From NCBI GenBank assembly GCA_009103225.1, contig RHPI01002533.1:1741186-1805185 (forward strand): a stretch of DNA of 64,000 nt, given 5' to 3'. Position numbers and translations under genes: made by a program. The DNA is from Chlorokybus atmophyticus (taxonomy: Eukaryota; Plantae; Mesostigma and Chlorokybus algae). This document shows, piece after piece, positions 38,001-48,950 of this stretch. How positions within the stretch are numbered: the stretch's first letter is position 1; each line of letters starts with the position of its first letter. The notes beneath the pieces are model-generated. The model did not search any database and had not been told where the DNA came from. It saw nothing but the letters and a program-made list of their open reading frames with translations.

Positions 38001-39979
38001 GTACCTTGCAGAGCGCGAGAGGCAGATACAGGTAAGGTGGAGACACAGCGTGGCCTAGCATAACACAACATGCAACATGGTATTGACCTCTCCTTCAACA
38101 CATATTGACTGTGAGGATGATGCCTTTCACGCAGGTGGCATCTGCATCCACGCAGTACTCCACCACGCAGTCACAGAAGCTGCTGGCTTCCTTGAAAAGG
38201 CGGAAGTACCGTCAAATCTTCGAAGCGCTTGACAACGATGATGTATGCCCCACATCAGTTTGCTGCTGTCTTGTGGCACCAAGGCCATCAACACAACATG
38301 AGCTTGACAAAACACATGACGTCTCTCTCCATGCAGGATGGAGTGGTCAACACCGGTGACTTCCACCTGGAGCAGTTCCCAGAGGAGCTGACCAGAGACT
38401 TGCGGCAAGTGCAGAGCTTGGCTTCCAACACAGATATTGCGCTGGAGAAGTTCATTGAGTTGATGGAGCGCGTCCTGGTGAGCAAAATTACAATTATTGG
38501 TCGTAGTGTAAGTGCCCATGTCTCTGCGTTATTCTGTTGTGGCTATTGTAGTCATCTGCACTGTTTATGGTTAAGTTGTTTGCTGTGTCATATGGACAGC
38601 TGTTAGAGGGAATTCTCAATCTGTTTATGCTGCGCATCAATAACTTTTACAACAGCGAGTATGAGTCAAGTCCGGTCCAGTTCTGATGGGTGTCTGCCAG
38701 CAGAGAACCGGTGCAAAGTCGGGCGGAGTGAGGACGTACATGCTTCCTGATGCGCGCTACGACGATGAGAAGCGCAGGTACCGCGCGCAGAGCGCCCCAC
38801 CCTGCCGACCCGAAATATGCGAGACGTCACGCCAGATAGCTGCACGCTTGAATAGAGGGTAAGAGTGTTTGAATATGATGGCACCAATTCTAGCAAGAGG
38901 GATTTGGTCTTGCTGCATATGTAACTAAACTTGTCCTGTTGCAGGGATGGGGCAAAGATAGAGGACAAGCTGTTGCAAGCGTACAGCGAGTCTCAGCGCA
39001 AGCTCAGAGCGATGCAGGTTGGTCACTGCAACAACATCCTGGAAGCTTAGCCTACCAGTTTTGCTGACCTCTGTATGCGTGCGTGCATGAGCATGAGTGC
39101 GTGCGTGCGTGCATGTGTGCGTGCATGCATGTGTCTTTTCATCATGCAAACACTTGCAGTCCATGTGTGCAACAGGAGGACAAAGCGGCGGCAGAGATGG
39201 CGGAGTGTACATTCCAGCCTTGCACAACATCACAGGGTGGCCAAGGCAAAGTGCTGGTAAGCAGAGCGCTTCTGAGGACTGCACTGAGTTGCGTTGCTGT
39301 AGTATGCTAGTGCTTATCATGCATCCATCCCAACCTGGCTGTTGTTGGCTACAGCACTCGCTTGGGCTGTCTATCCCCAGTGGCACGCGCAACACTAAAA
39401 AGCAGGCGCAGCGAAGCTCGATGCGTTTCTCTGAACTCGACCGGGAGCTGCGCGAGGCGCTCGGGGCGCAGTACTGGGACTCAGGTGTGCTGTGTGTTGC
39501 TTGCAAGTGCATTATAGGACATTACAGTCGTCTACATGCACTCTGATGTATCTTCATGCAGTTGTTGAGGATCGCGGCGAGTCAACGGGGGCAGGGACAG
39601 AGTTCATGAACAGCAGTTCAGAACGCAGCTTTCAGGTACTACAATAGTCCTGCACTCACCACAGCATAGCATGGAGCTGTGCACACATGCTTGGACCAGC
39701 CCCTGCTGCACACTAGCTGTTAAATTACAACCGTAACCACCCTGTTTGTGCTGTATATAGTTACAACATCGTCATGCTGGACACGTGTTTGACAGAGTTG
39801 TGACATCATTAGTCGTACTGTTGCTCTCATGCATTCTTTGGTAACAGGCTCTGAGGCACAGCCTATATGGTGGAGTATCGACCGGCGATGAGGAGCTGCT
39901 GCGTCGGTTTGGGGTGTCACAGGATCAGATAGCTCTTTGGCGAAGTGCACTTGCAGGCGAACACACAGCCGCAGGATGA
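35006..39979 (+). CDS. Uncharacterised multi-exon protein with an N-terminal LTVEID..V.EGDDP..LA..F...HGL domain, coiled coils, repeated ECTF.P motifs and an EF-hand-like loop; start uncertain
   Basis: Spliced exons give RPLLLVLTVEIDQDRSGTVE|VREGDDPQALARSFIDQHGL, LLFKPEIS, ECTFRPAVN, ETGKPFFHPRTGR, RQIFEALDNDD|GVVN, ECTFQP. Last exon ends ...HTAAG* at 39977-39979. Confidence 0.75.
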
Positions 39980-40774
39980 TGAATGATTAGCTGTGCCGGG
40001 TTTTGTCAGCCTTTGACCAATCCAGCCTTGTCAATAACCCTTGAGATTAATCATTTCACTTGAGCCCATATGCTGGGGTCATGATGTTTGTCCTGAACGG
40101 TGGGGCTGCTGCAAGTAGATCTCAACACATGCGCACGCGCCCTCAGCCGACCAACTCATAAGGAAGCACGGGCCAAAGTTGAAACGCACGCACGCACGCA
40201 CGCACGCACCGTGGACCAACTTCATACAAGGAAAGCAGGGGCAAGCTACTGTTAAGTGCTCTAGCTGGTGATGTTTGTGCACTCGGCGCATCCTATGTGT
40301 TCATTGCAAGCAGAAGGTTGAACAAAGATTGTTTAGCATGTGTCGCAAGTGCATTTTGAAACAATAATCTGTTGCACAACGCCAGTTGCTGCATGCTGAG
40401 AGGCAAACAAGGTTGCAAACAGACTTGCAGTTGCTATAACTGCAGCTGCTATGTCACAAGCTGTGAGTTTGGATATACGTCCTTACCTTGCTAAGGTTTG
40501 TCTGCGATGACTTGATTTTAGTGTGGCCTCCTGTTTGGTTACATAAGGGCAAGCGCCAGCAGGGGCTGCAGTGCGCAACGCAGAGCAGCACAGACGACGC
40601 AAGAGTATTTATGTTGCACCACTTGCCACTTCTGCTGCACTACTCTAGTTTGGTGCCTGGTACATGTATAATGTGCTGGCTACCACTGTTTAATTATCAA
40701 AGAGTAACCAAGTCTGTGTTCATGTGCAGGTTAACAACGAGGAGCACCGCAATGGTGAGGCCATTTATCCAAGA

Positions 40775-40858
40775 CTAACTACAGTAACCAGCACCAGCGG
40801 CGTTGCGGTTGGCGCCGAGGCCAACCGCAACGCCGCTGGTGCTGGATACTGTAGTTAG
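40775..40858. repeat. Near-perfect hairpin, 39-bp stem (1 mismatch) with a 6-nt loop
   Basis: ctaactacagtaaccagcaccagcggcgttgcggttggc / gccaaccgcaacgccgctggtgctggatactgtagttag. Confidence 0.9.
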
Positions 40859-42312
40859 CAGCAGAAGCGGTCCGAGGTGGAAGAGCAGTCGCGTCTTGCT
40901 ACCGCACGTTGGAGGAACTGCAGGTGCGGTTGTGGTCGCATGACACATGCACGCACGCACACATGCACGACAATACGCATACACTGCCCTTCAGGCGTTC
41001 AGCGCTGAAGGTTTAGGCGTGCTGAATGCCTTGCAAGGCGTTCAGGAGTGGTGCATGCCTTCTAGGCTTGCTGGTTGCAGGCATGCAGGCAGTGTGTGCT
41101 CGTGCTTGCGTGCGCGGGGTCGGCCGCAACCCCAGCGCGCGCGCCGCGGAGGCGCAGTTTGCAGTCGCCGTTCCGCCCCTCTGGCGCGGGGGGTTTTTTC
41201 GTTCGCGGTACCGAGGTCGGGCGGGCGGTCCCGTATCCATCGGTATCTACTGGTACACCTGGTGTACCTGGCGCCAACGTGGCTGCCGGCCTTTTCTGTC
41301 ATGCTCTAACGGCGGGCAAGCTGTGATTGCCAGCTGAAAAACGTTGCTTTGAATAACGATGTGCAAAATGTGCATGAGCAACATGACACAGTGTACAGCG
41401 TGCACAAATACTCACTCGTGTGCGAGGTGTCCACGCTTGTTGTAAGTAACAGAAATTTACACATGCCATGAAATCTATTTAATTGACATGGTTCAATTGC
41501 ATGCACTTATTCTCAATTGCATGAAAGGTTTGTTTCATCAAGGTATGACTTATATATAACTTTATATTTATTTACAACATGATAATTAGTTTACGCGCAC
41601 ATGCGCACATAAATACAACCGCGTGAAAGGTTATCATTGTATCATATGGACGTTTTGAATATAGTGTAAACATCACTATATCACAACATAATTTTCAAAT
41701 GATGTACAACGAGTTGACATTTATTGTAAGTCAGCTAATATGTTACCAGTTGTATTAATTGTATTGTGACAACAAGAAACAATAAACACAATACATGTAG
41801 ACGCAATGATTCATGTGTAACAGCATAACTTATCAAGTAGGCAAGCTGTGATGCAAATACATGGATAATGTAGAATGCGCATAAGTAGTTATGATTTTTG
41901 GATGTATACATACTATGGTTACGGTTGGGTGTGTTGAACACTCTCGCCATGCCAACCCAATGGTTTCCTTGCATATTATATGTTATCAAGTATTTTGAGC
42001 ACCAATATAGTATGGTATAGTGTAGTTAATGTCTTGTGACATCGGTTGCGCTTTGTTGTGATGAGCAACCCTTAATGCAACAGACCTGAAGCTAACATTT
42101 CCACACACCTACTTGCTAGACGGTTTTTATACAACAAGGAACGACACCTTCAACACCAATAGATGGAAGTCCCACTAGCAAGACATCAAGGAAGGAGCCC
42201 AATATGACCACAAGCTCACTTCTAGCTCCCAACACACCCACGCGCACTGGTACGAAGTGGCCCATATATGCACGCGCATGCAGCACACCCACTTACACTA
42301 GGCGGTACCGGT

Positions 42313-42347
<35 letters not shown>

Positions 42348-42571
42348 CACTACCTCTCACATGAGAAGGTAGGGAGAGCCTATAAGGCTGACCATTCAAG
42401 GCCAGGTCTTTTTGATAATATAGCTAAAACGAATGCAATTGAGCACTAGCATACATGTCCATACACTGTTAGTGATACATTAATGTATACAACCCAGCAA
42501 TACTCTTTTTTAAAGTAAAAGCATCACAGCAGGGGCTAGTCTCGTGAAGTCCTTCTCTTCGGTGCAGACTC

Positions 42572-42738
42572 TTTAAACCATACCCGTAACGACGCCTGTC
42601 CTTCGATTTTCGCACACCGCTCGTAACACAACTTGTGTTACGAGCGGTGTGCGAAAATCGAAGGACAGGCGTCCTTATGGGTATGTTTAAAAGGTTACAA
42701 GGCTGGATGTTGTGTTACACAACATCCAGCCTTGTAAC
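42572..42738. repeat. Two adjacent palindromes: 41-bp perfect arms (42591-42631/42633-42673, imperfect to 42572/42691) and 21-bp perfect arms (42694-42714/42718-42738)
   Basis: Direct reverse-complement matching. Confidence 0.92.
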
Positions 42739-43255
42739 GGGAAGGTACATTGGTTTACCACAAATCGACCATAACAGCACCAAGTCTTTTATGGTCGAGT
42801 GGGCTATGACATTGGTCATCGGAGCTTGAGACCCGGGTTCAATTTCTACCTTGCACACGAATTCCGCGGTCGTTGTTTCTCGATCCAGTATCATCGTAAA
42901 TGGTCACTTTATAATTGCCATCATCGATGGGTTGCGACTTGCCTAATGGCAGTCGTGCCGGCGTTTAATCGGCGCGGTAGGGCGCGACCTGCCTGTCGTG
43001 ATGCGACATGTGGGGCCGGCAGCGGTGCGCTATGCTCGCGTTGACCGGTATGAGCCTAAATTGGCCGGTCCTTGGGAAGTGGGGCCGGTGACCGACCCTA
43101 ATCAGACCCCTGGGATAATTCCCCAGCTGATGGGAGCCAGTTGTCGAGGACGTCAGCGTCCTTAAGTGGGGGGAAATGTAAAGGGAAGATACAGTAAGTC
43201 ACCATAAATCGACCATAAAAGCATCAAGTCTTTTATGGTCGAGTGGGCTGTGACA
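42733..43255 (+). mobile_element. TRIM (miniature non-autonomous LTR retrotransposon), 523 bp
   Basis: 79-bp LTRs TGTAA..GACA at 42733-42811 and 43177-43255. PBS-like TGGTCATCGGAGC after the 5' LTR. PPT AAGTGGGGGGAAA before the 3' LTR. 5-bp TSD AGCCT at 42728-42732 and 43256-43260. No ORF. Confidence 0.93.
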
Positions 43256-45329
43256 AGCCTACCCCATATAGAGCAGAGTGAAGGCCCCTAAATCTAGTAC
43301 CGCTAAGCACCCCTCGCACAGTAGTGAGCATAAGGAACACCTATGATTGTCGAGACACTACTAGGAATGTCCTCCTATACCCCTATGCTACCTTCCACTT
43401 TGCCACGCGTTAGCAGAAGAGGTGCATTTTATAAGCGAACTGGCTAAATGCCCCCATCGTCACATTTGCTGACCTTGATCATGTGCTTCGCCACCTTAGG
43501 CTGTAGCACTACCAGTCAAGCACATCACTTAAATAAAGCTTGACTGCTCAGTGTGTGCTGATCATAGCAAAAGCACCATTACACTATTAACGCGAATTAG
43601 CCTGTCGTGAGGCAAAGTATGTCACATCATGTGACTGCGTACCGATTACCCCCGTGCTAGCTCCTCTTAGTACTGGTACCATTACCGTTACCAAAGGCCC
43701 TATGTCATGAGCCCTGTGTCATAAGCAAGAGTCAAGCTTAAGCTTTGCCTCACATGCGCGACAGAACCCCTTAAATAGCTACTAGCCAGGCACCCCTGTC
43801 ACGCCTAACATGCAAGGCATAGTCACCCTAGGGCTGCTGCAATGTCAGCATGAGTGTATGGATGTGATGTTTCCACACTAACTTACTTGCTTGTAAGCAC
43901 CGCACACTTGTGCACAAGCATGAGGACTTACTACTCCAGCTATAAGGAAGTCTAGCAACACAACACTTGTGTGCTAAGTACCACTTGGTGCAGCGACAAG
44001 ACACCATGAGCACAGCTCAGCAGCTCCACGCCAAGGAGAAAGAGGACACCCACCTCCGGAACACTTTCCCTCGCCAAGCACTCCCGCGCATACACGCTCA
44101 CACAACCACCTTAGAAGGATGGTAAGGGGGAGGGCCCCTTAAACAGCTCTCAGCCAGGCACCTCACACACAAGTGGCTCTCGAGTACTACTAGTAGTGCA
44201 TACCATGATGCCCACTCCAAGCTTACACAAGCTTATTTACTCACTTGCCGCCCTCCCGACCTGACACTATAATTGTCTAAGAACAATAAGGCCTTATCAT
44301 TATGTGCTGACCTATCACATGACATGTGCCCTACATAAGGTCTTGCGTAGTTGACCTCTGCAACATCAACATAGGCTCAAGGTGCAGTTTGAAGGCTAAC
44401 ATGTCCAACACATGTCCAGCACAGAACTTGTCCCATCACATGATGTCAGCCCAGGGTCTTTCAGAGTGTTCAACATCGGACAACACAGTATGCCATTAAT
44501 AGCTTAATGCTGCCTGTAGCGAATACATAATGCTGGTGAGGGTCAAACACTTCTGCACAAGCAGTTTAACTTACAGCACACACTGCAATAACACACTGCA
44601 AGACTCCACAAGGAGTGAATGGGGAGAGCACCCTTCAACAGCTTCAGCCAGGCACCCCACACACAAGTAGCTTTGCCAGGACAGCAACTAATTGCCACCA
44701 CAAGGTGGTAGTCACGCCCTTATACTACTTGCTGCTCTTCGATATGGCACAGAGGAAATCCAAGACCAACAAGGTCTTGCTTTGTATGCGCTGACCTGTC
44801 AGCACATGCTGACTTTATCCACCCTTGGACACATCAACATAGGCAGCACACTTCCTGCATGTACGACAATGCGCATTAACACTGTCCAGTCATGTACTTT
44901 CTGGTGGACAGTGTTTTGTGTAGCTACCATGTCAGCTACACGTGATCAGCCGCATGATATTACTTGCATGAGTGTGTTACACATGTGCAAATGCATGAAC
45001 TCGGCCTTGCATTGCCATTGCATGCTACTAGTCACCCGTTCTGGCACTAAGTGTTTAACGCTGTTGGTCATGCAACTGTCACAAGGGTGCTTAATCATGA
45101 GATATTCAATGGTCCCTTCGTAGTATCATTGTGTTATTTGCTTAACTGTCTAATCAACTTGAACGATTTGAAAACGTTGCAAAGGACCTCCGCCATCTCG
45201 TGTAGTTCTTGGTACTGGGTTACTCAGTAGCGAAGTTGGCCATGGTGCAGGTAAGTGGAAAATGTCATATATACATCCACATACAATGGTATACACATGT
45301 GGAGAGATGCAGGTACACATATACACAAA

Positions 45330-48300
45330 CTACATGTGTCCATTCTTCTCGGCATACAACTGAAGTACTTGATCCATCTTCTACACTCTTTGCGCCGTTT
45401 ATTGAACCATCTAGCGGCTGCAACCCCCCACTCTTGCCATGTAGGGCTCCCATGCATTGCTTAAATCTCTTTTGCCTTGTTCTTCAGGGCCTCCCAAAAA
45501 GGCTTGCGCTTGGCATACATGCGGCGCACGTCTTTGTCTCCCTTACGCCATGCTGTGCATGGGCCATCTGGGCGACATGTTGCTGGGCATGACGGCTCAT
45601 GCTCATCCGGCTATATCATGACTGAAGTGGTAGCATTCCCAATATCAAACTCTTTCCATGCCTGCCATGGGTAGCACATAATATTGCACTTCAACTATCA
45701 AGTCACACTTATATCAAAGTCCACTCTTGCCACAACATAGCATGCTGAGCATGCCATGCTCACGCATTGTTAGTGTAATGGTAGACATATCACCACATAC
45801 TTGTTGTGCTCTGTGAATCGTGCTGGAATGGCGCAGCTTGTATCACTCAACTTGCTCAGATGCAGATGTGTAGGCGGGCTGTGCACGCTGTTGCTGCTGC
45901 TGCTGCTGCTGCTCTGTGGATGGCTGTTGTTACTGATTGCCGCGCTCATTGGTACCTGCTCAATGTGTGCGCGTGTGTGGGTGCACATGCGCATGCAAGC
46001 GCACATGTGAGCGCGTGTGCGTTAGATCAAGTGCTGTGACAGGTGTGTTCATTTACGGTACCTGTATTAAAAAGATCGGCTAAGAGGTTGACTTGTGTGC
46101 GCACGAACTCGGGCAAGCTTGCAATGACCTTTGTTTTCAAAACAAAGGTCGTTGCGTAAAGTTTACGAGTGTTGGCAGAGCATCCACCTTGGTTGTCAAG
46201 TCTTGCTAGTTGCTGAGCACAGTTGTCGATAGACTCCGTTTACAGCACCACCGTCACGTACATCACGTAAAATGGAAGCAAGCTGCCACCCAATGCGGAT
46301 TCATGTAAAAAAGATGATACAATAATGTCATAAGCCGTACAATTGTCAAGAGGTGTGCATAGCTGGTATACTCGTACCAAGGGAGGGAAGTATGTCATGC
46401 GTGATGCCATGCACTCGCTCTATGCGCTCTTACAAGATGTCACTAACTCACGTTAGTATGCATGGAACATAGCTCTCTAAAACACTGGTGGCTTTGCAAA
46501 TAGTATGGTCGGGATGGTGTGATTGCCAGAAGATGGCAACATCCTGCACCAGCACGCATCGCAGCCACACCCACAATAACGAAAGTTTTCTGCAGCAATA
46601 TCTTCTTGACCACGTCTGGTTTCTGCAGCAATTCTGTTGCGCTGCACACAATATATAGCTGTTAGGTGTACACGCATAGTGGGCTCATTTACGGCACTGC
46701 TAGTTTATTGCTTATCTGCCTGACAAACCATAACTACTCGTTCACTCAAGGCCAGATCTGCGACAACAGCCCGTGTGGTGGCGTTTGCATATGTTAAGAG
46801 ACCGTGTCACCTATTAATGATGTACTACCAGTAGTACATAATAATTGTAGCACACGAAACTGACCAAAGTGGCTCGTGGCAGATAGTAGCCCTCAGGGTT
46901 GCCAAGCTCACAACCAACTGCTGCCAATAGAACATCGATGGGAAGATTGCTCAAGTATGAATGCACAAGGACATCCTTAGCCTGATGCGTCATCCTCGCT
47001 ATTGCATACGTGTCAACACCAGCGTTGTCGGTGTTTTGCATCCCATTGACACGCACTGCACAAAAGTGTCCAATCATTTTATTGCCATTTTCCGGCTTGC
47101 ACGCGCACTCACACACAGTTGAGTTCAGTTGGCAAATGTATAGTTGCACACACGCACACGCATATACGCGCACACAGCAAATGAAAACACGCATATGCAT
47201 GCACATTAAGTGACACACGCATTCATCCCCTCCGTCCCTTCAAGACATTCACATGGGCACACACGCGTGCGCATGCTTGCACGCACAAGTTATGAGGTCT
47301 CACCCGCATGGCAATTTTTCTTGCTGGGAATGTCAGTGGCTCGGAAAGCTGCAGAGATGTGCGTGTACTGCGTGGTGCAACTGATTGGTGTGGTCAACTG
47401 CTTCTAGCCCACCAAGCCATGTGACAAAAACCTCATATACCACGCGACCCTAGTTGTGAAGTTTGGCGGCTCCTCTTTGCGAATCTCAAGTTGATAAAAA
47501 AGCAATAGGCCGAAGCACCAACCGCGCAGACCTGATTTGTCACTGATATTGTTATTTGCTTGGCCACATGACAATTGGATGATTACGGCTTACCTCCACA
47601 TCTTTGTGGCGTAAGGCTCAAATGTAGGTTGTGTTGCCATGTGGGTTTGTAACGGGAAGGTACATTAAATTACCACAAATCGACCATAAAAGCACCAAGT
47701 CTTTTGTGGTCGAGTGGGCTGTGACAGGGTTAGTCTTTCCTGCATGTGAAACACACTAAAAATACAGAAGCCCCTCCATCTCTCTCAGGCCCGGCATCTT
47801 TAATGGTCATTGTCGCAAGGTCGCCAAACTGGAAGTAATGCGTGTAATGTGCTGTGTATGTGGCAGTAGCTTACAATCTTGACTCACCTGCCATGCGCGT
47901 GTCGTCCGACCTACGCATAGCCTGTCGTTGTCATATGTAGTCATGGCGCACTTGCGTGTCGGCACACGCTTCTTTCTCGAACAACCACTACAACACACGC
48001 CAATGTTGCTCCTTTAATACTCGATTGGCCATGGTCCCCGCTTGTCGGTCAGGGCACTCGTCTGTATTTATAACAACACAACCAACACTGAATCAGCATC
48101 ATGGTAACTCAAAAGCTTCAAGCCTATCACACTTGTAACTATCACATCAAACACAGCTTACCTGTTGCGCTGCTGTCGCCTCGATATCTGACAAGTCTTT
48201 GCCAAAATGTTTTGATCAACGAAGGCGCCTGCACTAACACCTGTGTCAAAGAGTTCACCACACATTTTAGCGTACCATCATTGGTGAGTACACGATTTAT

Positions 48301-48950
48301 TTCGCCTTTTCCCTGCCTCGTGCACTCTCGAGCAAACCGCAGTCACGGCTTTCAACGCATTGTTCAGTTCAGACCAAGTCAGATTGTCGCTATTGCACAT
48401 GACGACTGCTGTGACTCATCTCTGTCACCTCATACAATTTGAACGCAGTGTAGTCTCGGCCATTGCTGTGATCGGCCAGCACGCAATAACAAGATTTGTA
48501 GCGATTGCAACCGTTGGCGTATTGCTTCAGTGTTGAGTTGCGGTACAGTCCTTAGTAAAGCTACAAAGGCATTACTGCTAAAATGCTGATTACGTGAACC
48601 GATCAGAGCTATTGCAAGCAACACATGCATGTGCATAATATTTGGTCAGATCCTCATTGTCGTTTGTGGCGTGACGTTGGGCTCTCCTCGCTCGTCCACT
48701 TGTGGCTCTTCAGCAAATCCCGCTTCTCCAAACACCCTTTCCTGCTCGGCATCATAGCTTCAAAAGGTTGCCACTTGCTTCATTATCCTCGTTTTTTGAA
48801 CACAACAATGAAAGGTTGAGAGTTGCGCTGATGCATGCTTGTAGTTGCATTGCGAGCTCACCAACCTGCAGATCCTTGCGCAGCGCCTGCTGCACCTCTA
48901 GGCTTCCGGCTGCGGGGCATCCTTCATCGCCGGCACCCACCTAATGAACG
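45330..48950 (-). pseudogene. Crypton-type (NDC10_II-like) tyrosine recombinase with C-terminal GCR1_C-like domain; intron-containing and decayed
   Basis: Reassembled in order: AMRRSDDTR; QFGDLATMTIKDAGP; GKTNPHG (split by the solo LTR); ALRHKDVE|VCAVGA (47594-47611); EEPPNFTTRVAWY; TPIS.TTQ..HISAAF....IPSKKNCHA|VRVNG (HxxR across intron 47056-47303); AGVDTYAIAR..SYLSNLP..YYLPRA (Tyr 46955-46957); PWQAWKEFDIG..WRKGDKDVRRMYAKRK (45464-45678). Several stops and frameshifts. Confidence 0.82.
47648..47726 (+). mobile_element. Solo LTR of the TRIM family (79 bp)
   Basis: About 6 mismatches to LTR 42733-42811. Flanked by 5-bp TSD GGGTT at 47643-47647 and 47727-47731. Confidence 0.93.

Noticed and set aside
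42162-42180. 19-bp inverted match to 20979-20997
   Set aside because: Homology does not extend on either side, so chance or a trace relic cannot be told apart.
46000-48900. MULE or hAT transposase reading of the fragments (LLAAVG..., DVAIFWQ...)
   Set aside because: The ordered Crypton motifs (GKTN, RHKDVE, HxxR, YL..LP, YLPRA, GCR1_C) explain the region much better.
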